Positions 9,900-18,862 are shown, numbered from the whole stretch's first letter. The stretch is 60,139 nt of DNA, filler included, from Candidatus Woesearchaeota archaeon (GCA_002685855.1; 5 parts of 5 records of this genome joined end to end with filler, not necessarily neighbours in it); one strand, 5' to 3'. The notes: generated by a model not told the origin, from the sequence alone. Numbers and translations: made by a program.

Positions 9900-10430
9900 T
9901 TAATATTCGATCCCTATTCTGGCCTGAATTCCTTTTATATAAGGATGTCTGATGAGCTGCATTTCCGTGAGATAATCAGCCATCTCTTTGATTGTTTCAG
10001 GAATATCTCTTCCAGTGAGGATGAGTTCTGTTTTTTCGGGTTTGGTCTGGATAAACTTTGAGAGCAGTTCTTCTTCACAGATTTTCCAGGAAAGAGCCGG
10101 ACCGATCTCGTCGAGGACAACAAGATCAAAATCTCCCTTTACAACTGTTTCAACTTCGGTTTCCCAGAAGGTGAGAAACTCTTTTTGGACATCCTGGAAT
10201 TCCAGATCTGTATAGTCTTTAAAGAAGGGATGGAGCGGAACAAACTGTTTGTATGCAATTCCAAGTTGGTCGAATACTTTTTTTTCACCAGTGTTGCGTT
10301 TGAAGAACTGGATGATCTTTACTTTGAGTCCTCTTCCGTGTGCCCTTAGGGCAAGACCCATAGAGCTTGTTGTTTTTCCCTTTCCATCTCCTGTGTAGAC
10401 GTGTACACAGCCAGGTTGGTAGTGTTTCAT
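9900..10430 (-). CDS. cobO: Cob(I)alamin adenosyltransferase (CobA/CobO/BtuR)
   Basis: YTGDGKGKTT, LVVLDE, ELILTGR, HPY..G..AR.GIEY. Confidence 0.92.
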   Translation of the reverse strand: MKHYQPGCVHVYTGDGKGKTTSSMGLALRAHGRGLKVKIIQFFKRNTGEKKVFDQLGIAYKQFVPLHPFFKDYTDLEFQDVQKEFLTFWETEVETVVKGDFDLVVLDEIGPALSWKICEEELLSKFIQTKPEKTELILTGRDIPETIKEMADYLTEMQLIRHPYIKGIQARIGIEY

Positions 10431-10435
10431 ACGGT

Positions 10436-12949
10436 TTAACTACACTTACTGTAGCCACAATCGAAACAGGTGGGTTCACTGCATCCCGAAACCATTTCTA
10501 CATTTGATGAAAAACAGGTTGGACAGTATATTTTGTCATCCTTTTTCTTGATTCCTTCTTTGTGAAGTGTTGTCTGACCATTGGTTTGGGTGAAGTGTCC
10601 TGTTTCTACAAGGTGATCTTTTAGCACTTTGGCAACTGCATGCGGAATACTATCTACGCGTTTTGGACCAAATCCAAACGGTTTGTCTCCTTTGATGCTG
10701 TTAAGGTGTTTGAGTAATGCTTTTGGGTCTCCGTTCTGCTCTAAGTATTTGCTTAGCATGATTCCCAGTGATGTGCAGAGTCCGCTGATCTCTGTTCCTG
10801 CAGGGCTGATGTTCATGAATATCTGTAGAGGGCCTTCGTCATCGTAGTTGATGTGAACATGGAGCGGTCCCTGTCCTGTATTGATTTTGTAGTAGCGGCT
10901 GTTTTTTGCCTCTCTTTCCTGTTGTGGTTGAGATGTTTCTTTTGATTTTTTGTCTGTCAGGTTGAGGATCTGGAACTGTTTGCTTCCATCCCTATATATT
11001 GTCACACCTTTTGCTCCCAGCTCATAGGCTTTGAGGTATACTTTGCGAACATCCTCTATGGTTGCTTCGTTTCTCAGATTTACTGTTTTGCTTACAGCAT
11101 TGTCTATATACTTCTGGAATCCGCATTGCATCTTGACATGATCAAAGGGGTCCAGGTCATGGCTTGTCAGAAAGAGATTCTGGATCTCTTCAGGTATTTC
11201 AGCTATTCCTTTTACTGCTTTGTGGTTTTCATCGATCTTTTTCCAGAGCTCTTCTGGGCTGAGACCAAAGAAGTTGTGTTTTCGTGCAATCTCCTTGAAT
11301 AAGGGATTTACTTCCCAGAACGTGTTTTCCGGATCAGGTGTTTCTCCTCTTTTTAATGCATCTATTCCTGCAGCATTATACCGGACATAGGCGATTGCAA
11401 AAAAGGGTTCAATTCCTGTACCCTGAAGTCCTGCAGTGATCCCTATAGTTCCTGTGGGTGCAATCGTTGTACGTGTGCTATTGCGGGGAACTGCTGATTT
11501 ACCTCTAAAGAATTTTCCATCTTTATCATAGATGCTGTCGTTGTAGTTGGGGAACGCTCCTCGTTCTGTGGCAAGTTCTTCACTTAACTTTAATGCATTT
11601 CCATTTATGAATTTCATGACTTCCTCTGCCTTTTTGAAAGCATCTTCTGTGTTGTAGGGTATTCCTAATTTTACAAGGGTTTCTGCCCAGCCCATCACTC
11701 CCAGACCTATTCTTCTGTTGATTTTTGACATATACTCTATCTTGGGCAGGGGATAGTTGTTTACATCGATAACGTCGTCCAGAAATCGGGTTGATATTTT
11801 TACACATTCCTGCAATTCGTCCCAGAGCATGTCTGATCCGTCTTCTTTGACAAACTTTGAGAGGTTGATGCTTCCCAGATTACAGGGTTCATAGGGCAAA
11901 AGTGGTTGTTCCCCGCATGGGTTAGTGGATTCGATCTGGCCCATGTTGGGTGTGGGGTTGCTTTCTGTGTTGTTGATTCTGTCCAGTACAACAAAGCCCG
12001 GATCTCCTGTTCTCCAGGCGTTCTCTACCATTTTTTCAAAAACATCTCGTGCATTAAGAGCTCCTTCAGGTTCCTTTGTGCGTGGATTAAGGAGATCATA
12101 CTTTTTGTTCTCTTTTACTGCTTTCATAAATACTTCATCAAGTGCTACAGAGATATTGAAGTTTTCTAATATTCCTGGTGTGTTTTTTGCTTCGATGAAT
12201 TCAAGGATGTTTGGATGGGTGCAATGAAGGATTCCCATGTTAGCTCCTCTTCGGGTTCCTCCTTGTTTTACAACATCTGTGGACTTATCAAAGATCCCCA
12301 TAAAACTTACAGGTCCTGAACTAACACCGTGGGTTGTTTTTACAACGTCGTTTGTAGGACGGAGACGGGAAAAAGAGAATCCTGTTCCTCCTCCTGATTT
12401 GTGAATGACTGCCATATTTTTTACAGAATCATAGATCTCTTCTATGCTGTCACCCACAGGCAGGACATAGCATGCAGAGAGTTGCTGGAGGTCACGGCCC
12501 GCATTCATGAGTGTTGGGCTGTTTGGTAGGAATTGCCAGGTTGACAGGATTTTGTAGAACTGTGCTTTTGTTTCCTGGAAGCGTTGCATGATATTAGGGT
12601 TGTGTTTTGCTACCTCTGCAAGGTTTTCAAGGAATTTTTTAAAGTTCTTTCCTCGTTCACCATAGCTTAATCCTTGATGTAGAAGATAATATTTGTGTTT
12701 TTTTCCTTTTACTTCATAGGTGTATATTTGGTAGCTGACACCTTTGAATATCTCGTCTTCCCTTGCTTCAGGATGATGGAGAATTTCGGTTAATGCGACA
12801 TTTTGGGCTACACCCATAAGCCAATGTTGTGCTGTAGGGCTTGCTTTCAAGTACTTGTCTTTGATTACTTTACGTTGGTTCTCTGTAATGTCTAGTTCTC
12901 CGAGGTCACGTTCCTCAAACATGAGCTCGGCCTTATTTGATCCTTTCAT
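10436..12949 (-). CDS. nrdJ: Class II adenosylcobalamin-dependent ribonucleotide reductase
   Basis: PNSPTLMNAG, TNPCGEQ, CNLGSINL, TIAPTG, KGVTIYRDGS, C-terminal CxxC/CGYSKC; ATG at 12949 after GAGGTG. Confidence 0.95.
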   Translation of the reverse strand: MKGSNKAELMFEERDLGELDITENQRKVIKDKYLKASPTAQHWLMGVAQNVALTEILHHPEAREDEIFKGVSYQIYTYEVKGKKHKYYLLHQGLSYGERGKNFKKFLENLAEVAKHNPNIMQRFQETKAQFYKILSTWQFLPNSPTLMNAGRDLQQLSACYVLPVGDSIEEIYDSVKNMAVIHKSGGGTGFSFSRLRPTNDVVKTTHGVSSGPVSFMGIFDKSTDVVKQGGTRRGANMGILHCTHPNILEFIEAKNTPGILENFNISVALDEVFMKAVKENKKYDLLNPRTKEPEGALNARDVFEKMVENAWRTGDPGFVVLDRINNTESNPTPNMGQIESTNPCGEQPLLPYEPCNLGSINLSKFVKEDGSDMLWDELQECVKISTRFLDDVIDVNNYPLPKIEYMSKINRRIGLGVMGWAETLVKLGIPYNTEDAFKKAEEVMKFINGNALKLSEELATERGAFPNYNDSIYDKDGKFFRGKSAVPRNSTRTTIAPTGTIGITAGLQGTGIEPFFAIAYVRYNAAGIDALKRGETPDPENTFWEVNPLFKEIARKHNFFGLSPEELWKKIDENHKAVKGIAEIPEEIQNLFLTSHDLDPFDHVKMQCGFQKYIDNAVSKTVNLRNEATIEDVRKVYLKAYELGAKGVTIYRDGSKQFQILNLTDKKSKETSQPQQEREAKNSRYYKINTGQGPLHVHINYDDEGPLQIFMNISPAGTEISGLCTSLGIMLSKYLEQNGDPKALLKHLNSIKGDKPFGFGPKRVDSIPHAVAKVLKDHLVETGHFTQTNGQTTLHKEGIKKKDDKIYCPTCFSSNVEMVSGCSEPTCFDCGYSKCS

Positions 12950-12984
12950 ACACACACCTCATATATCAACCAAAAAGATAAAAC

Positions 12985-13032
12985 ACACAACATATTGTGT
13001 GTTGATCGATCCACACACAGCATATCTTGATA
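12985..13032. promoter_or_regulatory. Tandem NrdR boxes upstream of nrdJ
   Basis: ACACAACATATTGTGT (12985-13000) closely matches acaCwAtATaTwGtgt; weaker ACAGCATATCTTGATA (13017-13032) starts 32 bp away. Confidence 0.8.
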
Positions 13033-13239
13033 TGCCCATAATATTAAGCAAGAACTTCTTTAAATGTATTGTTGTTCTAAAAAAAGTAAAATGAAACCTA
13101 TAGATAAGAAAACACATCAATTAAAAAGTGATGTTAAAGGGTATGGAAAAAAATTCAATTCGGGAGGATACCTACTTTATTCAGGCACGAATTGAATAAA
13201 AAACACAACTTTTTTAATATGCTCCCACTTTCAGCAAGA

Positions 13240-13488
13240 ATGGCGTATGTTGTTGAACATGATCGACCGAACTGCATTGGCTGTGGTTCCTGCTGTGTTA
13301 TTGCCGAAGGCTTCTGGGAGCTTGACGATGATGGCAAAGCGAATATAACTAAGGCTGAACAGCTGAAGAATGGCCAGCAACGGCTCGAAATAAAGGATAA
13401 AGATCTGGAAATTATGAAAGATGCAGCAGAATCCTGTCCTGTTAATGTGATTCATATTAAGGATAAGACAGGCAAGAGTATTGTCTAA
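13240..13488 (+). CDS. Single-cluster [4Fe-4S] ferredoxin
   Basis: CIGCGSC...CPVNVI. Confidence 0.85.
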   Translation: MAYVVEHDRPNCIGCGSCCVIAEGFWELDDDGKANITKAEQLKNGQQRLEIKDKDLEIMKDAAESCPVNVIHIKDKTGKSIV

Positions 13489-13489
13489 G

Positions 13490-14002
13490 ATGGAGTTTGC
13501 AACACGTTCTAATCTAGAAGAATCACTCGAAGACGAGGAAGCTAAGGAAAAAACTCTTTCTTATTTTGAGGAAACAAAGGCCTGGCAGGAGCATAAGAAA
13601 AAGCATAAGAATGCAAATCTTCATCTGGTTGAAGAAAAAGAGGAGCTCTTTCATAGGGAACAAACAGAATCTGGTCTGAGGAGAGATCAGGAGGAGACAC
13701 CTCGCCCAAAGGAGGAGATAGTGGAAGAAGAGGAGGCTCATGAAAAGGAACACAAGGTGATGAAGGCAGGTTGTGGATGTGGTGAGTTTCAGATGGCAAT
13801 CAACTCAGAGAAAAGAACTGCCTACACAATTGGAGGGGAAGAGGATAGCCCTGAAGAGAAGATCTATGGGATGAGTGGTCCTGAACCAGAAAGGGAGGAC
13901 AGATTATACAAAGGGCCAGATGGTGGAGAGAAGGAAGAGGGCGGTACAGGCGATCTCTACAACCGTGAGGCAGGTGCAGCAGGAAGTAAGCTGTATAAGT
14001 GA
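13490..14002 (+). CDS. Acidic hypothetical protein with GCGCG motif
   Basis: Starts 1 nt after the ferredoxin stop; Glu-rich. Confidence 0.65.
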   Translation: MEFATRSNLEESLEDEEAKEKTLSYFEETKAWQEHKKKHKNANLHLVEEKEELFHREQTESGLRRDQEETPRPKEEIVEEEEAHEKEHKVMKAGCGCGEFQMAINSEKRTAYTIGGEEDSPEEKIYGMSGPEPEREDRLYKGPDGGEKEEGGTGDLYNREAGAAGSKLYK

Positions 14003-15739
14003 TCAGCCTTCCTGGGAGAGCATCACCTTAGGGGCAATTGAAGCATCCTTTGATTTGCCATTTGGCAGGATCATGTTCTTCATATTTGAATAGACCTTTT
14101 TCGCGATAAGTCCAGGACTTACAAGTTTAAACATATAGGGAATGTTTAACGGATCTGTTAGTGCAAGAACACCGTATTCTTTGAGTACAAAGCGGGGAAA
14201 GTTAAAGTCCTCTAGTGCTTCAGGTACATAGACACGCTCTCCGCCAGAATAGTTTTTTGGGAGAAGGCCTTCCTCGATCTTCCCTTCGGCTACAAGTTCG
14301 TCGTAGATAGGGGTTCCAGGGAGAGGTTGAAAGTTGTTGAGGAAAAAGAAGTTAAATTTACATTTTCGTATCAGGTCTACGGTCTTTTGAAGATCTTCAG
14401 GTGTTTCTCCAGGATAACCTATGATAAAGAAGCCATGTACTTTGAGTCCTGCATCTTTTATCTCTTGGACCTTGTCAGGGATGATATCAGGATCAAGATC
14501 CTTCCTCATTCGTTTGAGTGTTTCCTTTGATCCAGACTCAGGCGCCACAATAAGGTTCTCCCATCCTGCAAGTTTCATGAGGCTTAGGAGTTCGGTATCT
14601 GTTCTCTGTAGCCTAATCCCGTTTGGTGTTCCAAATCTGAGATCAGGAAGGTTGAGCTTTATCATTTCATTGCAGAACTCTTTTGCATAGTCCATATGAA
14701 AAGTAAAGTTGTCGTCGATAATATTGATCATGCGAATGCCTTTTTCGTGGTAGAGGTATTTTACCCAATCAACCATGTATTTTATAGAATGTTTTCGTAT
14801 TAACCGTCCATTCTGTAAGGGTGCTGAGCAGAACGAGCAGCGATAGGGACAGCCTCGTGTTATCCAGACAGGGGCATTCATTTTGTAGGGGGTGTTAAAG
14901 CGGTATCCTTGTTGGATATATGCATGAAGATTCATTGCATCATAGTCAGGTATGTTTATTGCGTCGAGTTTTCTTTCTCTCTCCATCTCGTTCTTTACTA
15001 TTTCGGTTGGTGATGTTCGATAGACAAGCCCGAGTACTTTAGTGAAATCAGGAGATTTTTTCTCTAGTTGTTCCAGAAAGAGCGGGAAGGAAAGTTCGGC
15101 TTCACCTCTAAAGACAAAGTCGACTTCAGGGTTTTTCATGATGGGATCAGGATAGGAGGAAGCGTGTGCACCACCCATTACAGTTAGTACCTGTTTATGC
15201 AGGGGAGTTATCTGGATTTGTGTTCCGTCGTAGTCTATAGTTGTTCCCTGAATATGCAGAAGATTGTAGTTACTGATACAGATTTTTATGCCATGCGCAG
15301 TGAAGCAGTGTTCTCCTGAATAGGGTTTTTGTGTAAAACTGAATTGTAGTGTAGATTTCTGTGTGTGAGGAAGTGCGCATTCGATGTGAAGGACTGCGTT
15401 TGAATAGCCTTCTTGTTTCATGAATTCTTTGAACTTCTCTGCAGCTTTTTTTGTAAGGATAATCTCTTTTGTGTTCGTGTGAAGGTTTTTTGCTAATTGA
15501 AGAACGTCACAGGCTTCCTGATAGGTTGGACTCCAGCAGGATACTCCGACAATGTCAGGATCAAACTCCTTGAGGAGCTCTTTAAACTCCTCTGAATCTG
15601 CAGGGAGATCATCAAGAGCATTGTCAAAGATTCTGACTTCATGTTTTTTCAGATCAAGGTTGCTTTTCAGATAGCCCATAGAGAGGGGCATGACATATTC
15701 TGTATCAAACCCTTTTGGCCAAACAAGAGCGATTTTCAT
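14003..15739 (-). CDS. Cobalamin-binding radical SAM protein with inserted HesB-like domain
   Basis: PLSMGYL, GGAHAS, GEAE, RGCPYRCSFC, DDNF, ESGS, FFIIGYPGET. Confidence 0.9.
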   Translation of the reverse strand: MKIALVWPKGFDTEYVMPLSMGYLKSNLDLKKHEVRIFDNALDDLPADSEEFKELLKEFDPDIVGVSCWSPTYQEACDVLQLAKNLHTNTKEIILTKKAAEKFKEFMKQEGYSNAVLHIECALPHTQKSTLQFSFTQKPYSGEHCFTAHGIKICISNYNLLHIQGTTIDYDGTQIQITPLHKQVLTVMGGAHASSYPDPIMKNPEVDFVFRGEAELSFPLFLEQLEKKSPDFTKVLGLVYRTSPTEIVKNEMERERKLDAINIPDYDAMNLHAYIQQGYRFNTPYKMNAPVWITRGCPYRCSFCSAPLQNGRLIRKHSIKYMVDWVKYLYHEKGIRMINIIDDNFTFHMDYAKEFCNEMIKLNLPDLRFGTPNGIRLQRTDTELLSLMKLAGWENLIVAPESGSKETLKRMRKDLDPDIIPDKVQEIKDAGLKVHGFFIIGYPGETPEDLQKTVDLIRKCKFNFFFLNNFQPLPGTPIYDELVAEGKIEEGLLPKNYSGGERVYVPEALEDFNFPRFVLKEYGVLALTDPLNIPYMFKLVSPGLIAKKVYSNMKNMILPNGKSKDASIAPKVMLSQEG

Positions 15740-15760
15740 AAGAGGATGAATCCCAGATCG

Positions 15761-15850
15761 TTTATAAATATTCTGTTGACTGGAAAAAGAGGATTTGTTT
15801 ATAAATAGTTTATAAAGAGTTAGAGGGTACTTAAAGATAATATTTATAAA
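15761..15850. promoter_or_regulatory. Divergent archaeal promoter region with four TTTATAAA boxes
   Basis: TTTATAAA at 15761, 15798, 15809 and 15843 between divergent genes. Confidence 0.6.
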
Positions 15851-15899
15851 AGCAAAACAGCTTCTGAAGAAAGATTCGGAGGATTCTTTTGAAAAAAAA

Positions 15900-17057
15900 A
15901 TGAAAGAGATCTACCTTGATTATGCTGCTGCAACTCCCCTTGATCCGCGTGTCCTGAAGGAGATGGATCCCTTCCTACACAGGAAGTTTGGGAATCCCTC
16001 TAGTTTTCATGCTCCGGGCCTGGAAGCTAAGGATGCGCTTGATCAGGCCAGAATCAGGGTTGCTTCTCTGCTTCATTGTGAACCTACAGAGATCATCTTT
16101 ACAGGAAGTGGAACAGAGTCGATCAATCTTGCTCTGAAAGGATGTGCACGGGTTCGAAAAAAGAAAGGGAATCATATAATTACAACCGCTGTAGAACACG
16201 AGGCGGTTCTGAAAAGTCTGTCCTATCTTGAGGAAAAGGAAGGAGTTCATGTTACCATTCTTCCAGTAGACTGTTATGGTAGAATATCTCTCTCTGCTAT
16301 TGAAAAGGCCATTACTAAAAAAACCATCCTGATCAGCATCATCTTTGCCAATAATGAGATCGGTACACTCAACCCTATTGAAAAGATAGCAAGGATTGCA
16401 AAGAAGAGGAAGATTGCTTTCCATACCGATGCCTGTCAGGCAGCGGCGAGCCAATCACTTGACGTAAAAAAACTTGGGGTTGATCTCCTAAGCATCAATG
16501 CAGCAAAGATCTCTGGTCCGAAAGGCGTCGGGCTCCTCTATAAACGAAAAGATGTGCAAATAGATCCTGTTGTTCATGGCGGGGGGCAGGAGTGGGAACT
16601 GCGTGCAGGAACAGAGAATGTTGCAGGAATTGTTGGATTCGCTAAAGCACTTGAACTTGCACAGGAAGAAAAAGTGAAAGAGACCCCTAGACTCGAAAAG
16701 CTTCGGGATAAACTCAGTACCACTATTTTAACAAAAATTCCCAACTGTAAACTGAATGGAGACCCAAAAAACCGCCTGCCAAATAATGTTAATATTAGTT
16801 TCAGAGATATCGATGCCGAAGAGCTACTGCTTTTATTAAATAAGGAGAAGATCTATGCCAGCAGCGGGAGTGCATGCGCTACCCACACCTCTGAAAAAAG
16901 TCATGTTCTTACAGCGATAGGTATTCCAGAGAGCTATGCAAAAGGAACAATTCGTTTCAGCCTTGGTAAAGAAACAACAGATACAGATATTGATAAGGTA
17001 ATTTCAGTTTTAGAAAAAAGCGTGAATCAACTCCGCCAGAAGAGGTATACCCCATGA
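15900..17057 (+). CDS. iscS: Cysteine desulfurase, IscS/NifS group I
   Basis: YLDYAAATP, NNEIG, FHTDACQ, RAGTEN, SSGSAC. Confidence 0.92.
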   Translation: MKEIYLDYAAATPLDPRVLKEMDPFLHRKFGNPSSFHAPGLEAKDALDQARIRVASLLHCEPTEIIFTGSGTESINLALKGCARVRKKKGNHIITTAVEHEAVLKSLSYLEEKEGVHVTILPVDCYGRISLSAIEKAITKKTILISIIFANNEIGTLNPIEKIARIAKKRKIAFHTDACQAAASQSLDVKKLGVDLLSINAAKISGPKGVGLLYKRKDVQIDPVVHGGGQEWELRAGTENVAGIVGFAKALELAQEEKVKETPRLEKLRDKLSTTILTKIPNCKLNGDPKNRLPNNVNISFRDIDAEELLLLLNKEKIYASSGSACATHTSEKSHVLTAIGIPESYAKGTIRFSLGKETTDTDIDKVISVLEKSVNQLRQKRYTP

Positions 17058-17644
17058 AAAAAAACACTCAAAAAAAGATTGTAAAAATTACAAAAAAGAT
17101 GGCCATCGCAGATATCATCTCACGCCATCCTGAAGCTGCCGAGATTCTGCTCAGCAGAGGACTCCACTGCGTGGGCTGTCAGGCCTCTGCCTTTGAAAAC
17201 CTTGAAGAAGGAGCGATGGCACACGGCATGTCAGACAAGGAAATTGATGAAATCGTAGACCAAATCAATAAAGAGCTGGGGGAGAAGGAAAACAGTTCAA
17301 AAAGCATAACAATCACAAAAAAAGGAGCTGCAAAGTTCCTCGAACTCATGAAAAAAGAAGGTAAATCGCAATCCGCATTACGCATCGAGATAGTACCTGG
17401 AGGATGCGCAGGCATGAACTACAAGTTTAGTTTTGTTAATGGTGAGCCTGCTCCCAAAGAAGAAAGAATTGTGGCTCACGGCCTAACAGTTTTCATTAAC
17501 AACAAAGATCAGAAGCTCCTTGAAGGAGCCACAATAGATTATGTGGAGAGTTTAGACGGATCTGGGTTTTCTGTTAAAAATCCCAATGCAAAAAGTGTGT
17601 GCGGATGTGGTGATTCGTCTAGTCAGTTGGGAAAGAAAGAATAG
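17054..17644 (+). CDS. DUF1858-like domain fused to HesB/IscA A-type Fe-S carrier
   Basis: GLHCVGC in the N-terminal domain; GGCAG...NPNAKSVCGCG in the C-terminal domain. Confidence 0.85.
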   Translation: MKKNTQKKIVKITKKMAIADIISRHPEAAEILLSRGLHCVGCQASAFENLEEGAMAHGMSDKEIDEIVDQINKELGEKENSSKSITITKKGAAKFLELMKKEGKSQSALRIEIVPGGCAGMNYKFSFVNGEPAPKEERIVAHGLTVFINNKDQKLLEGATIDYVESLDGSGFSVKNPNAKSVCGCGDSSSQLGKKE

Positions 17645-17673
17645 AGATCATAAAAGAGTGATAGTAAAGAAAG

Positions 17674-17925
17674 ATGGGAAAGAAATATAGGATAACCTAC
17701 GACCGAAGTGCATGTATTGGTGCAATGGCCTGTGCAGAGATTCTTCCAAAACGGTGGAAAATGACCCAGGATAAGGAGAAGGCAGATCTTGTTAAAGGGA
17801 AACAAATTGATATAGAGGATGATGTTTGGGAACTCGTTATTGATGAAGGCGATTATTCAGAGGACCTTCTTGCTGCAGAGGCCTGTCCGGTCTTTGCAAT
17901 AAAAATTGAGGAGATTACTGATTAA
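17674..17925 (+). CDS. Ferredoxin ([3Fe-4S]-type)
   Basis: CIGAMAC...CPVFAI. Confidence 0.85.
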   Translation: MGKKYRITYDRSACIGAMACAEILPKRWKMTQDKEKADLVKGKQIDIEDDVWELVIDEGDYSEDLLAAEACPVFAIKIEEITD

Positions 17926-17926
17926 G

Positions 17927-18184
17927 ATGGGGAAAAAATTTAAGATAATCTATGATCGAAAGGCGTGCATTGGAGCTGCTGCCTGTGCTGCTGTTGATAA
18001 TGAGCGTTGGGAGATTGCTGAGGATGGTAAGGCCGATCTTATCAAAGGAGAAAAGAGTGGAGATTCTGATGTGTGGGAACGTGTCATTGATGAAGACCTT
18101 GTTGAGATCAGTCGTGAAGCTGCAGACAGCTGTCCTGTTGGATGTATCAGAGTAGAGGAAATCGAAGAAGATTCTTCAGAATAA
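17927..18184 (+). CDS. Ferredoxin ([3Fe-4S]-type), tandem paralog
   Basis: MGKKFKIIYDRKACIGAAAC...CPVGCI. Confidence 0.85.
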   Translation: MGKKFKIIYDRKACIGAAACAAVDNERWEIAEDGKADLIKGEKSGDSDVWERVIDEDLVEISREAADSCPVGCIRVEEIEEDSSE

Positions 18185-18267
18185 TTCCGATTTTTTCTCG
18201 TGACAATTGATTTTTTATTCAAACAAATACCAATTATTATAAATAAACTCTTTATAATCATAAAAGA

Positions 18268-18531
18268 ATGTACTCTTTCACCACACGCAGCAAGAAAGCA
18301 GAGAAACAGTTCTACGAGGTAATCAAACAACGCAAAGGGATCAAAGAAAAGCTCCAAGAACTACAAAAAGATCCTCATAAGAAACTCGATGCCCATAAAC
18401 TCAAAGGAAAACTAGCTGGCAAATGGAGCTGTTATTTAGGAGGAGATATCAGACTCGTTTATGAAATTGATAACGAGAAAAAGGAAATAATTGTTTGCGC
18501 AGCAGGTTCACACAAACAATCTTACACTTGA
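18268..18531 (+). CDS. RelE/YafQ-family mRNA interferase toxin
   Basis: HKLKGKLAGKWSCYLGGDIRLVYEI...GSH. Confidence 0.85.
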   Translation: MYSFTTRSKKAEKQFYEVIKQRKGIKEKLQELQKDPHKKLDAHKLKGKLAGKWSCYLGGDIRLVYEIDNEKKEIIVCAAGSHKQSYT

Positions 18532-18674
18532 AGCTTCCATGTTTTAATATCCTTCTTTTTAGCTTCATCACTTTCTTCAATGGCCCCTATCATGTCCTGA
18601 TTATGCAATATACCAACCTCTTCCAAAAGATGTTCATATTCTTGTTTGGGAATTGTTACCATTTCCTGTGCCAT
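18522..18674 (-). CDS. Putative 50-aa antitoxin (YefM/Phd C-terminal-like), not in the ORF track
   Basis: Manual translation MAQEMVTIPKQEYEHLLEEVGILHNQDMIGAIEESDEAKKKDIKTWKLQV*; TATA-like box about 25 nt upstream. Confidence 0.7.
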   Translation of the reverse strand: MAQEMVTIPKQEYEHLLEEVGILHNQDMIGAIEESDEAKKKDIKTWKLQV

Positions 18675-18800
18675 GTTGATTTGTAGTGATTTCAACTTTA
18701 TAAAAGTTCACTTTATTCTTTATAAAGTAGGATCTACCTCAAGAAAGCAGTTAAACAAATACGATTAGCATTAATTTCCATATGGAAGTTTTACCGCTTC

Positions 18801-18841
18801 GGGCCTCCCTCCGGCCTAAAGGCCGGAGTACCTACCGGCCC
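18801..18841. repeat. GC-rich nested inverted repeat at the contig end
   Basis: GGGCC..CTCCGGCC-TAAA-GGCCGGAG..GGCCC. Confidence 0.7.
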
Positions 18842-18862
18842 TCACGTCCAAACCTGTTTAGC

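Noticed and set aside
10436..12949. Intein in NrdJ
   Set aside because: Motifs are contiguous, length is normal, no C...HN/C junction
12950..13240. Possible cobalamin riboswitch upstream of nrdJ/cobO
   Set aside because: AT-rich, no B12-box or GGGAA core seen; the palindromes fit NrdR boxes
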